This document shows, piece by piece, positions 11,690-25,110 of a DNA stretch of 64,000 nt. Each line of letters opens with the position of its first letter. Position 1 is the first letter of the stretch. Both the position numbers and the translations under genes were made by a program. The notes under the pieces were generated by a model. It was given only the letters and a program-made list of their open reading frames with translations, did no database searches and was not told the origin of the DNA. This stretch comes from Mobula hypostoma (taxonomy: Eukaryota): contig NC_086118.1 of NCBI RefSeq assembly GCF_963921235.1, positions 18,912,001 to 18,976,000 on the forward strand. Direction: 5' to 3'.

Positions 11690-14600
11690 GTGAAATGAAA
11701 TCAAATCCTTATAAAGAAGTGACATAGGATCTAAAGGTACAGCATCCCAAAGAGTAGAGTCAAGAAACTGCAAGAGTAAAAAGACCCTAATGGGAGTCAT
11801 ATACAGGCAAGAGGTGGGGTACTGATTACAATGGGAGACAGAAAAGGCATGTAAAAAGGGCAAAGTTATGATGGTCATGTGGGATTTCAATATGCAGGTA
11901 AATTGTGAAAATCAGATTGATGCTGGATCCCAAGAGATGGAATTTGCAGAATGCCTACGAGATGGCTTCTTAGAGCAACTTGTGGTTGAGCCCACTATGG
12001 AAAGGGCAATTCTGGATTGGATGATGTGTAATGAACCAGATTTGATTAGGGAGCTTAAGCTGAAGAAACCCTGAGGAGACAATGACCATAATATGATAGA
12101 ATTCACCCTGCAGTTTGAAAGGGAGAAGCAAAAATCAAACGTATCAGTATTACAGTGGAGTAAAGGGAACTACAGAGGCAGGAGAGAAGAGCCAGCCAAA
12201 GCTGATTGGAAGGAAACATTACCAGGGATAATGGTACAGCAGCAATGGTTGGAGTTTGAGATGAATTCAGAAGATGTATGATCGGTACGTCCCAAAGAAG
12301 GAAAAGGATTCTAAAGGGAGGATGGGGCAACCGTAGATAACGAGGGAAGTCAATGACAGCATAAAAGCACAAGTGAGGGCATATAATACAACAAAATTTA
12401 GTGCAAAGTTAAAGAATTGGGAAACATAAAAATAAACAGAAGGTAACTAAAAAAAGCAATAAAGAGAGAAAGGTTGAAATATGAAGGTAAGCAAACAAAT
12501 AATATAAAAGAAGATACAAAAGTTTTTTCAGGTATATAAAGAGTGGATATTCAAACACTAGAAAATGACGCTGGAGAAAGCAGTAATAGAGGACAAAGAA
12601 ATGGCGGACAAACTTATAAGTATTTTGCACCAGTCATCACTATGGAAGATATTAACAGTACGCTAGAAGTTTGAGAGTGTCAGGAGGCAGAAGTGAATGT
12701 AGCTGTGGTTATTAAAGAGAAGGTAATTGGGAAGCTGAAAGGTCTGAATGTAGATAAGTCACCTGGACCAGATGGACTACACCCCAGGGTTCTGAAAGAG
12801 GTGACTGAAGAGATTGTGGAGGCATTAGTAATAATCTTTCAAGAATCACTTGATTCTCAAATCGTTCCAAATTTGAAAATCACAGATGTCACTCTACTCA
12901 TTAAAAAGGGAGGCAGGCAAAACTGGAAATGATAAGTCAGTTCGTTTGACCTCAGTAGTTGGTAAGATTTTGGAGTCTGTTATTAAGGATGAGGTTTTGG
13001 GGTACTTGGAAACACATGATAAAGAGGGCCAAAGTCAGCATAGTTTCCTTAAGGGGGAATGCGAGCCTGACAAAATTGTTCAAATTCTTTGAGAAAGTGC
13101 AGGTTGGATAGACAAAGGAGTGTCAGTGGATGTTGCTTACTGAATTTTTAGAAGGCCTGTGACAAGGTGCCTCACAGAGGCTGCTTAACAAGGTAAGCAG
13201 CATGGATAGAAGATTGGCTGACCGGCAGGAAGCAAAGAGTGCGACTAAAGGAGTCTATTCTGGATGGCTGCTGGGTAACTAGTGGTGCCTTGAAAGAGTT
13301 GGTGTTGGATCCGCTGCTTTTCACGTTATATGATCTGGGTGACAGAATTGATGACTTTGTGGCCCAGTTTGTGGATGGTGCAAGGGCAGGTACAGGCAGT
13401 GTTTATAAAGCAGGGAATCTGCAGAAGGACTTAGGTGTGTTAGGAGAACAGATAAAGCAATGGCAGATCAAATATATTGTAGGGAAGAGTATGGTCATGC
13501 ACTTTGGTAGAAGGAATAAAGGCATGGACTATTTTCTAAACAAGGAGCAAATTCAGAAATCAGAAATACAAAGAGACTTCTTTAGATTAGATTAGATTAG
13601 ATTATGAGGATGCGCAGTCCTCTTTTATTGTCATTTAGTAATGCATGCATTAAGAAATGATACAATTTCTTCCTCCAGAATGGTATCACAGAAACACAAG
13701 ACAAACCAAGACTAAAACAACTGACAAAAACCACATAATTATAACATATAGTTACAACAATTCAAAGCAATACCATAACTTGATGAAGAACAGATCATGG
13801 GCACGTGAAAAAAAGTCTCAAAGTCTCTCGAAAGTCCCATCATCTCACGCAGACAGTTGAAGGGAGAAACTCTCCCTCCCATGAGCTTCCAGCACCGCAA
13901 ACTTGCCGGTGCAGCATCCTGGAAGCACCCGACCACAGTCCGACTCTGAATCTGTCCGAAAACTTCGAACCTCCGACCTGCCCTCCGACACTGAGCACCG
14001 AGCACCATCCCTGCCAAGCACTTCGACTCCGGCCCTGGCAACAGGCAATAGGCAAAGCCAAGAATTTGGGGCCTTCCCCTCCGGAGATTCTGGATCGCAC
14101 AGTAGCAGTGGCAGCGAAGCGGGCATTCCAGAAGTTTCTCCAGATGTTCCTCCGTGCTTCTTCACGTCTGTATCCATCAAATCAGGATTGTGCACAGCAT
14201 CCTACTTCACAAATATGATATCATTTGGACTGGCCACGCGCACTGCGTCGTGCTGCCATCTTCTCCTCCTTTCCTGACTTGGGGGTCCTAGGCAAGATTC
14301 CCTAGAGGTTAACTTGCAGGTTGAGTCAGTGGTAAGGAAGGTAAGAGCAATGTTATTATTCATTTTGAGAGGACTAGAATATAAAAAGCAAGGATGTAAT
14401 TCTGAGGCTTTAAAAAACAAACAGCAAACTGCATTTGGAGTATTTTGAGCAGTTTTGGGCCCCATATCTAAGAAAATATGTGTTGGTGTTGGAGAGCTGC
14501 CAAAGGAGGTTCATGAGAATGATTCCATGAATGAAAAGTTTAACGAATGAGTCACATTTGATGACTCTAGGCCTGTACTCATTGGAGTTTAGAAGAATCA

Positions 14601-14850
14601 GTGGAATCGCATTGAAACCTACTAAATATTGAGAGGCCTGGATACAGTAGATGTGGAGAGGAGGTTTCCAATTGTGGGTGAGTCTAGGAGAGAGCACAGC
14701 CTCAGAATACAAAGGCATCACTTCAGAACAGAGATGAGGAGGCATTTCTTTAGCCAGAGGATGGTGAATCTGTCATTTGGTTTTTAAAGTGGAGGTTGAA
14801 ATATCCTGGATTAGCAAGAGTTTCAAAAGTTACACGGAGAAGGCAATATC
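11690..14850 (+). mobile_element. Degenerate CR1 LINE (APE endonuclease + RT), interrupted at 13580-14275
   Basis: WDFN..FLEQLVVEPT..ILDW (APE); KSPGPDGLHPRVLKEV; SQHSFLKG; CR1 3' region continues after the insertion. Confidence 0.9.
13580..14275 (-). mobile_element. CpG-rich non-autonomous retroelement with (TCTAA)n tail, inserted in CR1
   Basis: TSD gactt at 13575-13579 and 14276-14280. Minus-strand 5' end ggagaagatggcagcacgacgc; 3' end gacaataaaag followed by (TCTAA)n. Confidence 0.7.
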
Positions 14851-14855
14851 ACTCG

Positions 14856-15960
14856 GCTGCAGAATGAAGTTGGGACCAATCAGATGCCTCCCTAATAATA
14901 TTGTGTGATGGGTGAGAATCGGCTTGTACTTCTTAGCATTGAAGTTTTCATTAATTTTGACCAGATCACCAACTCCATTTGCAGAAACGCAGTCCCGAAC
15001 CTGCAGGGAACCTCCGCCATGCTTCACAGTTGGCTGCAGATACTCATCCACGTAGTGCTCACCAGCTCTTCTATGCACAAACTGCCTCCTGCTTGAGTCA
15101 AAAATTTAGAATTTTCACTCATCAGTCCAGAGCTCTTGGCTGCCATTTTTCTGCACGTTAGTCCTTGTGTTCTTGTGCATATCTGGGTCCCTTGGCTTTG
15201 TTTCCACCATGGAGAAATGGCTTTTTGGCAGCAATTCTTCCATGAAGACCACTTCTAACAAGGTATCACTGGACTGTAGAGGGGTGTTCTTGTGTTCCAG
15301 TGGTTTGGGTGAGCTCAGAGCTGATTGTAGCGCCAGGTTTCTTCTGATTTAGTAGGAACGTCAGTTTGATGTATTTTTCGTCTGCTGCATTCAGTTTCCA
15401 TAGCTGTCCACTGCATTTCTGGTACTCAACCTTGCCTGTTTCTCTGAGCTTCTTCCGAAGAGTTTGGTCAACATATCTTGAAACTCCTCCCTGTCATGAA
15501 ATTTCTGTTTGGGAGAGACCTTGCCGACGCGGGATGACTGCATTGTGCCTTGTTGCTATGCTCACTCCTGCCACGGTGTCAGAATTGACGATTTGAAGGT
15601 TAAACTGTCACATCTGCCACAGCCTCACCTTTTAGTTTGATTTTCCTTCACCTAGTTTGATTCCCATTTCTGTTTCAGGTTATCAATTTAGTTCATTCTA
15701 CGCATTATGTTATTTGTCTTCAGCACCTGTTTATTATGTTTGTTTAATCATACACTGGATTATACACCTACAAGGTAATTACATTTTCACTTGAAAAGTG
15801 CTCTGTTACTTAGTAGGTTACTTCCTTTAATGAAATATAAAAACTTCTCTGTGACATTTCATTTTTTGGAAAATGAATGTTTGAATATCTAAACTTTGTT
15901 CTTTTCTACTGACAGACTAGTGCAGAAGGCAAAAAATAAACATTTAAAACAAAATATTTC
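14856..15960 (-). mobile_element. Tc1/mariner transposase remnant
   Basis: LQPTVKHGGGSLQV...GVGDLVKIN...IGPNFILQ (ORF 14830-15078); truncated and frameshifted. Confidence 0.85.
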
Positions 15961-17359
15961 AGTAATATTTGAGTAATTTTATAAATAAGTTGATTGATTA
16001 AGCATTCTTTGTTTAAATAATTCATTACAGCATGTATTATATGTAAGAAGTACATGAATTACATACGTCATTACAGCACCACATCTTACTAAAGTACGTC
16101 TTATTAAAGTAAAAAAACTAAATGCACAGAGTTTATCCCCAGCTCCCTGTTTTTCTTTCAATTACTTCAATGATTTGGAGTTACAAAACATAACACAAAT
16201 CTATGCTCTCTCTTTGATTAGCCAAAATTTCCAAGGTGCTCAGTCAATTAATTCTGAATTGTAGATTACAGAGATTTTCCTGAAGAGAGCGAGCATCGGA
16301 ATACAATAGTCAGGGGCACTGCTATGTTTCCTTCTGTTGAGAACTATCTGCTCCTGAAATATTTCACCCTTCAATACACTGCTTACTGTATTACTATTAT
16401 TTTCTTTGTGCTATTTTGGTGAATTTGCATTTTTAAACCATAAGAGAGACTGAAGATGATGGAATTTGGAGTAACTCAGCAAGTCAAGCAGCATCTGTGG
16501 CGGCCGGGGGGGGGGGAAGGGATAGTTGACATTTGCGATACAGACCCTCCGAGCAATTTTTGTTTCTTTGGCATGATTGGTCTGTTCTTCTGATTGAAAA
16601 CAAATTTTTTAAATGATGTTTGCTGCAAATTATTGGAATCAAGAGCAGAAAGTGTATCCCTTTTTGCCTGTAGGCAATGCCAGAGGCTACCCAGTCCTGT
16701 GTCACTCTCACCATTATCAGAATCTTCATCAATAGCATGCAGATTAGTGTTCTTTTTGAAACTACAACTTGACTGCAGAACTCTGAAATTTTACATTGCT
16801 CAGTGTAGAGAAGTTTGTCACCATAGTCATCAAAGACTGACTCCTTAGCCTGAAACCACATCCTCTTGTTCTATAGCCTACAGATTCTCTCTGAGAATTT
16901 TGTATTTTCCAATGAGATCATCCAACATTTTTCTGAATTCCTGTCAGTATCATCCATCTGACCCTTCTCATCGGATGTCCCCACTTCTAAAGCAGTAATT
17001 AATCTACTGATTCAAAGGCAAGGCCTTTGATTAATGTGAGCAGACAAAACAATGTTCCAAACGGGATTTCATCAACCCCTCTGCAAGATTTCCTAACTTT
17101 TGTACTCCAACCCTTCTTGCAATAAATAAAAACATTGCCCTTTTGTCTTTCTATTTGTTTTCTCTTCTAACCCACTTAAATTCTGCCTTTTATAAACCAA
17201 CATACCAAGCTCTTTCACTATACCAAAAAATATTATCTTTTCACCATTTAAAAGAAAACCATGTTTTCTCTGCATTCTGCCAAAGTGAATAATGCTTCAT
17301 TTTCCCACAATATGTTTGAATCATTGAGTAAACAGCTGAATTCTAGTGGTGAGGTGAAA

Positions 17360-18125
17360 GTGGTGGACCTTGGCATCATAGCAGCATTTTACTGAGAGAG
17401 ATATTAAGGAGCACTGGTAAATCAATAGATATTAAGTGGAAAACATTCCAATGGCTCAATTGATTCTTCGATTGAGGGGTTTGAAATCATTTATCCCACA
17501 CTCAGGACATCAACACCAGAGTTTTCCAAGTCAGTTCTCTAGATTCAATCATCTTCATCTATTTCTTCAATGCCCTGCTTTCTATAGAATCAGAAGTAGG
17601 AATGTTTTCAGATGACTGCACAATGTCCAGCTCTTCAGTGAATGAAGTGACTCAAGGTTATTGAGCATCAAGGAAAGGGGGTTAGATGCACTCTCTTGAG
17701 CTAATCATTGCTTGGCACTTCCACATCTTCATAAGAGGCAAGTAACATTCATACTGCGATGGATGCAGCTTATGAGATCATGTTCAATGATGTTACTTTA
17801 ACTAAATCTCTGACCCTTTATCATTGATCAAAAACTCACCGGGATCAGCCACATCAATGTGGAGTCTACAGAATAGGTCAAAAGTGTGGTATCCTGCACC
17901 AGCTGACACCCCAGAGCCTTTCTATCAACTCAGAGGCACGAGTCAGGAATGTGATTGGATACTCTCAACTTGATTGGGCAAATACAGCTCCAACAACTCT
18001 GAAGCAGCTTGAACCATCCAGCATAAAGAAGCTTGCTTGATTGATACTCCATCCATCATCTTAAACATCTATACTCTGCTCCACTAGTGCATATTTGCTT
18101 CATTGTGGGCTGTCTACAAAATACA
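17360..18125 (+). mobile_element. Old CR1-group LINE RT remnant (related piece at ~3690-4265)
   Basis: ttttcagatgactgcacaatg (F.DDCTM) and gaagcagcttgaaccatccagcataaagaagc motifs; heavily decayed. Confidence 0.5.
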
Positions 18126-18329
18126 TGGCGACCTATTCAGTTCTCCTAAGCTTTAATACCAAAATGGACAAAGCATATGTGGTTCACTGCTATCTTCTCA
18201 ATGAGGTTTGGGGATGTGCAGTTAAAGCTAGCATTTTTAGAAACTGTTGTATCCCAAAGACAAATAAATTTAAAACAGTATCTGCCACCATTTTGCCCTT
18301 CATTTACATACCTATGTTTTCTGCAGACA

Positions 18330-18875
18330 TTGTGTGATCTTCTTACAGCTTAAATTCCTTCCTAGATTTGAATCATCAGCAAACCTGAACATGTTACATT
18401 CCACCTTTTCACCTAAGTTAGAAATATACATGACAAGAAGCTGAGAGTCCAACATTGATTGCTGTGGTACACCATGCCAGTTATCATAAAAACATAGAAA
18501 ACCTATAGTACAATACAAGCCCTTCGGCCCACAAAGCTACCTAAGTAGAACTGCCTAGGCTTACCCATAACCCTCTATTTTTCTAAGCTCCATGTAGCCA
18601 TCCAGGAGTCTCTTAAAAGACCCTATCGTTTCCTCCTCCACCACCACCGCCGGCAGCCCATTCCACACACTCACCAATCTCTGCGTAAAAAACTTACCCT
18701 GACATCTCCTCTGTACCTACTTCCAAGCACCTTAAAACTATGCCCTCTCATGCTAGCCATTTCAGCCCTGAGAAAAAGCCTCTGACTATCCACATGATCA
18801 ATGCCTCTTATTATCTTGTACACCTCTATCAAGTCACCTCTCCTCCTCCGTCACTCCACGGAGAAAAGGCCAAGT
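18330..18875 (-). mobile_element. CR1 fragments, including a young 3' end at ~18485-18875
   Basis: NMFRFADDSNLG (minus ORF). The 3' end resembles the reverse complement of 61920-62330. Confidence 0.8.
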
Positions 18876-20684
18876 GAAAGTAATTTAGTTTGATCTACTC
18901 TCTCCATTCATTGTCCCATACTTGCCTCTGTCCCTAATCTTTGGACCTTGATACATGAAGCCGCCACTTTCTGAGCGCAGCTTCTTAATCCAGACCTGAG
19001 TTCTGATGCCGAATCTCCAGCTACCATCCCCAAAAGCACCCGCCTTCACTCAGTTCCCCAACTTGACCCAGCTAGAGGCCTGTGGAGACGGTAGCAAATA
19101 CCTTATTTTCAAATCCAAAAATGTACAACACCCATTTTTGCAGCCAAATTTCGACTTAGTGGTACAATACCAAAATATTGCCATTCTATCACACCCATGA
19201 TGGTTTACAGCAATTTCTAAGTATAATTCTGTCATAGAGTCTCTGACTGGATAGCATTGTCAAATAATTACAGTCTTTTCAATTGGGAAACACTTCTGCA
19301 CACAGAATGTGATAGAAATCCAGAACTCTCATTCAGTTGATACTGAGTTAATTGTTAATTATAAACGAGGTTGGTAGATTGCTGTTAATAGAAGGTATTA
19401 GTGCATGCAGTTACAAATCAGTCATGACCTCATTGCACAGCAAGGAAGTCTCAAAGTGCCAACCGCTTATCCCCATTGTATCAAATTTACTGTTTAGAAT
19501 TAGTGATATTGTGATTTCATTTACGCATGGTAGCACTTTCTTTCATAGTTAAAGTTGCATTAAAGGACTGTCATAAGCATTATGGGGGCGTTAAACACCA
19601 GTGTTCTTGTGCAAGGCAGAAGCACATATGAAATTTGTTTACAGCATAGTATCCAAATTAAATCATGCTACTGTCACACTGGAGATCTTGCACTGCAATA
19701 TTTGGCATGTGACGTTAACCCTTTGCCATTAAACACATCTCATGGAAAGAGAAAAAAAAATCAGTGAATTCTATTTTCTAGTTTGTTTAAAACAATACAA
19801 GTAAAATTAACAAAAATCAGTTTAGAGCTAATACAATAAGGCACAGAAAAAATAAAAGTGATCTCAACTTGAGTTCTATTTGTTTTGTTGAAATGCCCAA
19901 ACTAGCATTATGACTCATTCTGTGAGTTTGAACTCCAAAATGTCCAGGTCAGCCTTGCAGCCACAGTAGTGAAACCTTATTATACATGTCACTCATAAAA
20001 TAGGACCCCCACTGTAATCATTATAGATGTGTCACCATGCTGCATTATTATAATCCTATTTTTCAGCCGCCTTGAACATTAGTTTTCAATTAATCTATTT
20101 TAAGTCCTTACTTGATTGCAGTACATTTTTAAATGTGAACTTCTTCGCAGGTAGTAAAGTTGCTATGGGCAACCATCGCAATCTAATACCATACAATCGT
20201 CCACCACTTGCATTCATTTGTGATCCTCTTCTATTTCAATGCAACATAATAAATCTAAGAGGCATGTGAAATAATCATATTTATTGTCTTGGCTATTCTT
20301 TGTCTTTGATTCTGTTCTTTTACTTTTCTACAGCATCAGGTGAAATAAAAGAAAAAAAAAGTCTGTTTTATGCATTCTGGTTTTGTCACAAATACTCCAG
20401 TGCATTAATTTTATGGAGTGAATGTTCCACTACCAAACAAAATATTTAATTAAGGAGGAAAAGATTGTTACAAGAAAAAATCATTAAACTGATGTTGTTT
20501 CAGCCTAGGATCAAAAACATTATAGAAGCACCCTGATTAAAAGTCTTTGAAATGAACGAGCAACAATATGTCCCCTTCCACTGCATGGTCCACGGGGTGT
20601 TTCCAGCATCTTTTGTTTTTATTTCAGATCTGCAGCATCTGCAATTTACTTTACTGCATTCCTATTTGTTTCACAATAGTGATC

Positions 20685-20792
20685 TAATGCAAAATATTCA
20701 TCTATATCATTAGTGTAGAATGGGAGTGCGTCAATTTGATAATTGACGCACTCCCATTCTACACTAATGATATAGATGAATATTTTGCATTA
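20685..20792. repeat. Perfect inverted repeat, 52-bp arms with a 4-nt loop
   Basis: 20685-20736 is the exact reverse complement of 20741-20792; loop TGAT. Confidence 0.97.
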
Positions 20793-21609
20793 TTCAAGCT
20801 GAGCAGGAAATGCTCCTTGTAATAGAGACAAGATTTCAACACATTTACATGCAATATACTTTAATTTTCATTACAGATGCAATGACCTGATATATAAATA
20901 CCGTACACACTAAAAAGTATATCTGCAATAGAAAGAAGACAAAATGCTGGTCAAGCAGCATCTGTTGAAACCAAAATAGAGTTAACATTTCAGGCTGATG
21001 ATCTCTCATCACAAGCAGTTTTTATTTTTGTAGAGGAGAAGAAGGCAGGGAGCACAAAGGAATCTGTGACAGGGAGGGGATAAAAAGAAAATAAATGAAA
21101 GAGATTAATTTTGGCTGACAGAATACAATGGAGGATGGCAAGCTAATTTGCCTGGAGGAGATGTAAATCAAAGAAGAACAAAGGGAGAGACAGAAACAAT
21201 AAAAACACATGTTGGAACAGAGCAACATAGTACATAGCAGTTGGTGAAAATATGAAATAAAGGGAAGTGAAGAAAAAGCCTAGCAGATCAGATAACATGT
21301 GGAGAGAGAAAATTGTGCTGACATTACAGGTTGATGAATGCATATCAAAAATGGACAGTGACTGAGGAGGAAACGAAAATCAGCAAATGGTGGAAGTCTG
21401 AAACAAAAACAATGGAAAGACTGAGAAGGCCAGTTATCTTGCACAGAGATATGATGGCAACATGGCTCACCATGAAAGGTCATTAATGCCAACTTGGATC
21501 CCCTACCCACTGACATTGCCTGACCCACCAAACATCCTGAGAACTTTCCATTCTTCTATCTAAACTGGACAGTTAGGACAGTAACAGATAAGATCGGCTA
21601 TCTGAAACT

Positions 21610-22080
21610 GTTTTTTTATAATATAATTTTTATTAAGTTTTCAAAAAGAATACATGAAAAGATAAAATCTACCCTCCCCCCCTCCATATATAGTCCTATC
21701 TAAAAAGAAAGAAGAGAAAAAGAAGAGAAAAGAAAAAGAGAAAGAGAAGAAGCTGCCTGGGTATTGGAAGGTTTCCACATGCTCCATGGGATTCAAAATA
21801 AATTTGGTATAATTATTCATTACTTTCCCCAAGGGACCAAGATCTTTATCGGAGCACTTAAATATGCCATCCTATCTTTTGTAAATAAGGGCGCCAAATA
21901 TTCAAAAATGTTACATATTTATCTCTTAAATTATAAGTAATTTTTTCGAGTGGAATAGAACTAGCCATTTCATTATTCCAACGATCCATACTTAAATGCG
22001 AATCAGATTTCCAAGTAACTGCTATAGTCTTCTTAGCTACTGCCAATGCAATTCTTATAAATTCTATCTGAAATTGTTGA
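21610..22080 (-). mobile_element. L1/Tx1-type LINE 3' end
   Basis: AKKTIAVTWKS...LEKITYNLR...FLNIWRPYL* (L1 ORF2 C-terminus), with an A-rich tail at ~21610. Confidence 0.8.
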
Positions 22081-24434
22081 ATTCAGCATTGAGTCCAAAG
22101 GCAGGAGGTGTCAGTCTTTGCATTTATATTGGGCTTCAATGGAATTGTGAAAATGGATTGTTCATTTTACTTCCATAAAAAATAATTTATTTATTTATTG
22201 AGATAGGGCATGGAATAGGCTCTTCCGACCATTTGCGCCCAGCAGTCCCCGGATTTAACACTAGCCTAATCACAGGATAATTTACAATGACCAGTTAATG
22301 TAGCAATTGGTACGTCTTTGGACTGCAGGAGGAAATCCACACAGTTCTGCGAATTGGTCCTGGGTTTCCTGCACTGGAAAACGCTGTGCTAACCACTACA
22401 CTACCATGCCACATTTCAATTATTACACCTCTGAAGTGTAATAACATTCAATTCTGTCAATTCTTCAAAATATATTCGATGATTCATGTTAAATAGTACA
22501 TCGAATTTTTTAAAATTTCATAAGACACTTCTCAGGAGTATAATCGAAATTTGACCCCAGCTAATAAGCTGATACACAGCAAATAATCAGGGCTTGATCA
22601 ATAAAGTAGGTTTCAAGAGCACCTCACAGAAAATTAGTGAAGAGGAGATATTTACAGAATTTCAAAGATTTAAAAACTTTAGTACTGTGTGATTAGGTTA
22701 TTAGTAAATTCATTTACTTCATGAAAAGTTACAATTTACTCACTTTATTCCTTTTCTTTATTTCTTTGCAAATTATTAATCCAGTCATCTTAAGGAGGCA
22801 CTGTCTTCTGATCGTTCTTTTGGTCAGAGATACATTAGTTATTCATTGTAATTTCTCAGTGCATTTTGTTGCTGTTAGCAGGGCAATATGTTATCAAGTT
22901 TTTTTGTTGTTAGAGATGATGGTGTAGGACTTATAAAAGCAGCCCACATGCTCCACGTCACAGCAGGTTTGTACCTCTGGGGCCTGACATCACCATTGTT
23001 CTGTTCTGCAGTCAAGGTTTGGATCAAGCGAAGGGAGAAAACCAACACTTCTGTTTTATGAGTGTGACTTCTGCTTTATTTAAGACATTGGATAAACTTG
23101 GACACCAGCACCAAGATTTATACATCCATATTTCAGTTAATAACTAGAAAATTTTAATAGATGTATTTTCCATTTTGTGGAACAGGCATTCTTAATTTAC
23201 TAAGAAATATTGTTCCTAATTGCAATGCACTGATGTGGAATGCGAGATTGACCTTCTAGTTTTCATGTTCGATACTCGGCAGGAAGGTACACGTTACGCA
23301 GCACATTGAGGAAAATAAATCATTGCAGGCAGTTTGCACTATCGTTCATTGAAAAATGTTGGCACAATTAAATACTGTTCAGTTATTAACCCATTTTTTA
23401 AAATAAGAGTGAACAGCTTTCGAATATAAAGTGGTCTCATCGTCAATCAACACAGAATTTATTATGGATTGAAGTAGCTACGACACCTAACAAATATTGG
23501 AATGTAATTATGTAACAAACAATATATAGTTCACAATTTTGCCAAAATATTGAACTTGTAAAGGTAGAAATTTGTCTTTTGTCATATCCGTTGTGAACTA
23601 GCAGTGGACCTGTCTTATCTTCATGCGTTTAAAAGAAAATTTTGAAGTAAATTTTATATCGTCCATCACTTTAAGACTGCAGTACAGTCAGATGCCAGAT
23701 ATGGAGATTAGTGTATTCAGAAACAGGAAATCATGATCAAGAAGCGAATCAATTATAAGCATTGTGCATCACAGGCTTGCCAGTGTGTTTCTCTGACCCA
23801 CTTTATTTTTAGTTCAAAGGCAAGAAAGGCTGAGCACATCCCATTGGTTACTGAGTGCTTTGTGTCCACTACACCCCATGTCCCTAAAACTGACAACCCA
23901 AGGGAGCAAGTGTCCCATTTCGCTTTTGGAAAGATTATGATTTTTTTAAACTCAGCAGTATATTTTGAAAGAGTCATTTTCACATGATAGAAATTGAATT
24001 CTTGATATATGCTGATTTTTCTTTATTTGCCATCTTCAATCAACATTATGAAGCACATTTTATATTCTATTAAAAACATTAATGTTACCCAGTGAGAGAA
24101 TGCACTTTAAAAATAAACTGCCTTTCCTTCAGTTACTTACAACGCCATCAACTACATCTGATGACTTTTCAAGATCTCCAAAACTGCTTTTTTTTAAATT
24201 AACCCATAAATTGTACACATTAAAAGAAACCTCTTTTAAGAAGTGGAAAACAGAAAACCAAAACAAAAAAAAATGTTGTCCTAAGATACCTCTGTTCCAA
24301 TGGTTGCAGAAGGTTTCAACATTACCCATGGTTGGGTGCTTTCTCCCCTAGCAAGACTGCAGGATTGCAGACTATAGGAAGCAGGTTGGCTAAACAAAAC
24401 CACCCAGTGATCTATGGCCTGGACATTCTGATGG

Positions 24435-25110
24435 CCAAGAATCAAAAGGCTGGAGGAACCAACAATTCAAGCAGCATTTATGAAGGGATACGGATGGTTG
24501 ACAGTTTGGTCAAGACCTTTCATTTGGACTGAAAAATTGAGTGTAATAAGCTGAAGGGACAGGGTGGAGCATGAACTGGTAGGTGATAAGATGTATTCAG
24601 GTGATGAGGGCTGTTGGAAAGGTGGGAGAGGGGAGAGTGGGAATAGTGCCAGAAACTGGGAGGTGATTGGTGGAAGTGACAAAAGGGCTGAAGGAATGAT
24701 GGAATCTGATAGGAAAGGAAGGTGAAGCATGTAGTCAAAGAGGGGGGACAGGTAAGGTGAGGAGGGCAGATGAGAGCAGTGGGTGAGGGAAAAGAGAAAG
24801 AGTGATGGAGATTAGGTACATCAGGAATAGAGAGAAGAGGGACAAAGAAGGGAGCAGTTTACTGGAGAATCCAGTGCTCGTGCCTCCAGTGGAACATGAG
24901 ATCATTTTACTCTAGTTTATGCTTAGCTTCACCTTGGCAGTAGAATAGGCAGAGGAGAGACATACGGGTGTGGAAACAGGGAGGAGAATTAAAATGGCTG
25001 GCAGCCAGGAGATCCAGATGGCCCCTGTGGATGGAGCACATGTGTTCAACAAAGAGGTTGCCCAGTTCGTATTGACTGCCAATTTGGCTTGGCCCAAGAG
25101 CAGCCCATGA
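24435..25110 (-). mobile_element. Decayed Penelope-like element (GIY-YIG end + terminal repeat)
   Basis: LGNLFVEH...SHFNSP; homologous to 34400-34950. Confidence 0.75.

Noticed and set aside
19050..19235. Cys-rich ORF MAIFWYCTTKSKFGCKNGCC
   Set aside because: Short, weak splice signals, no family recognised.
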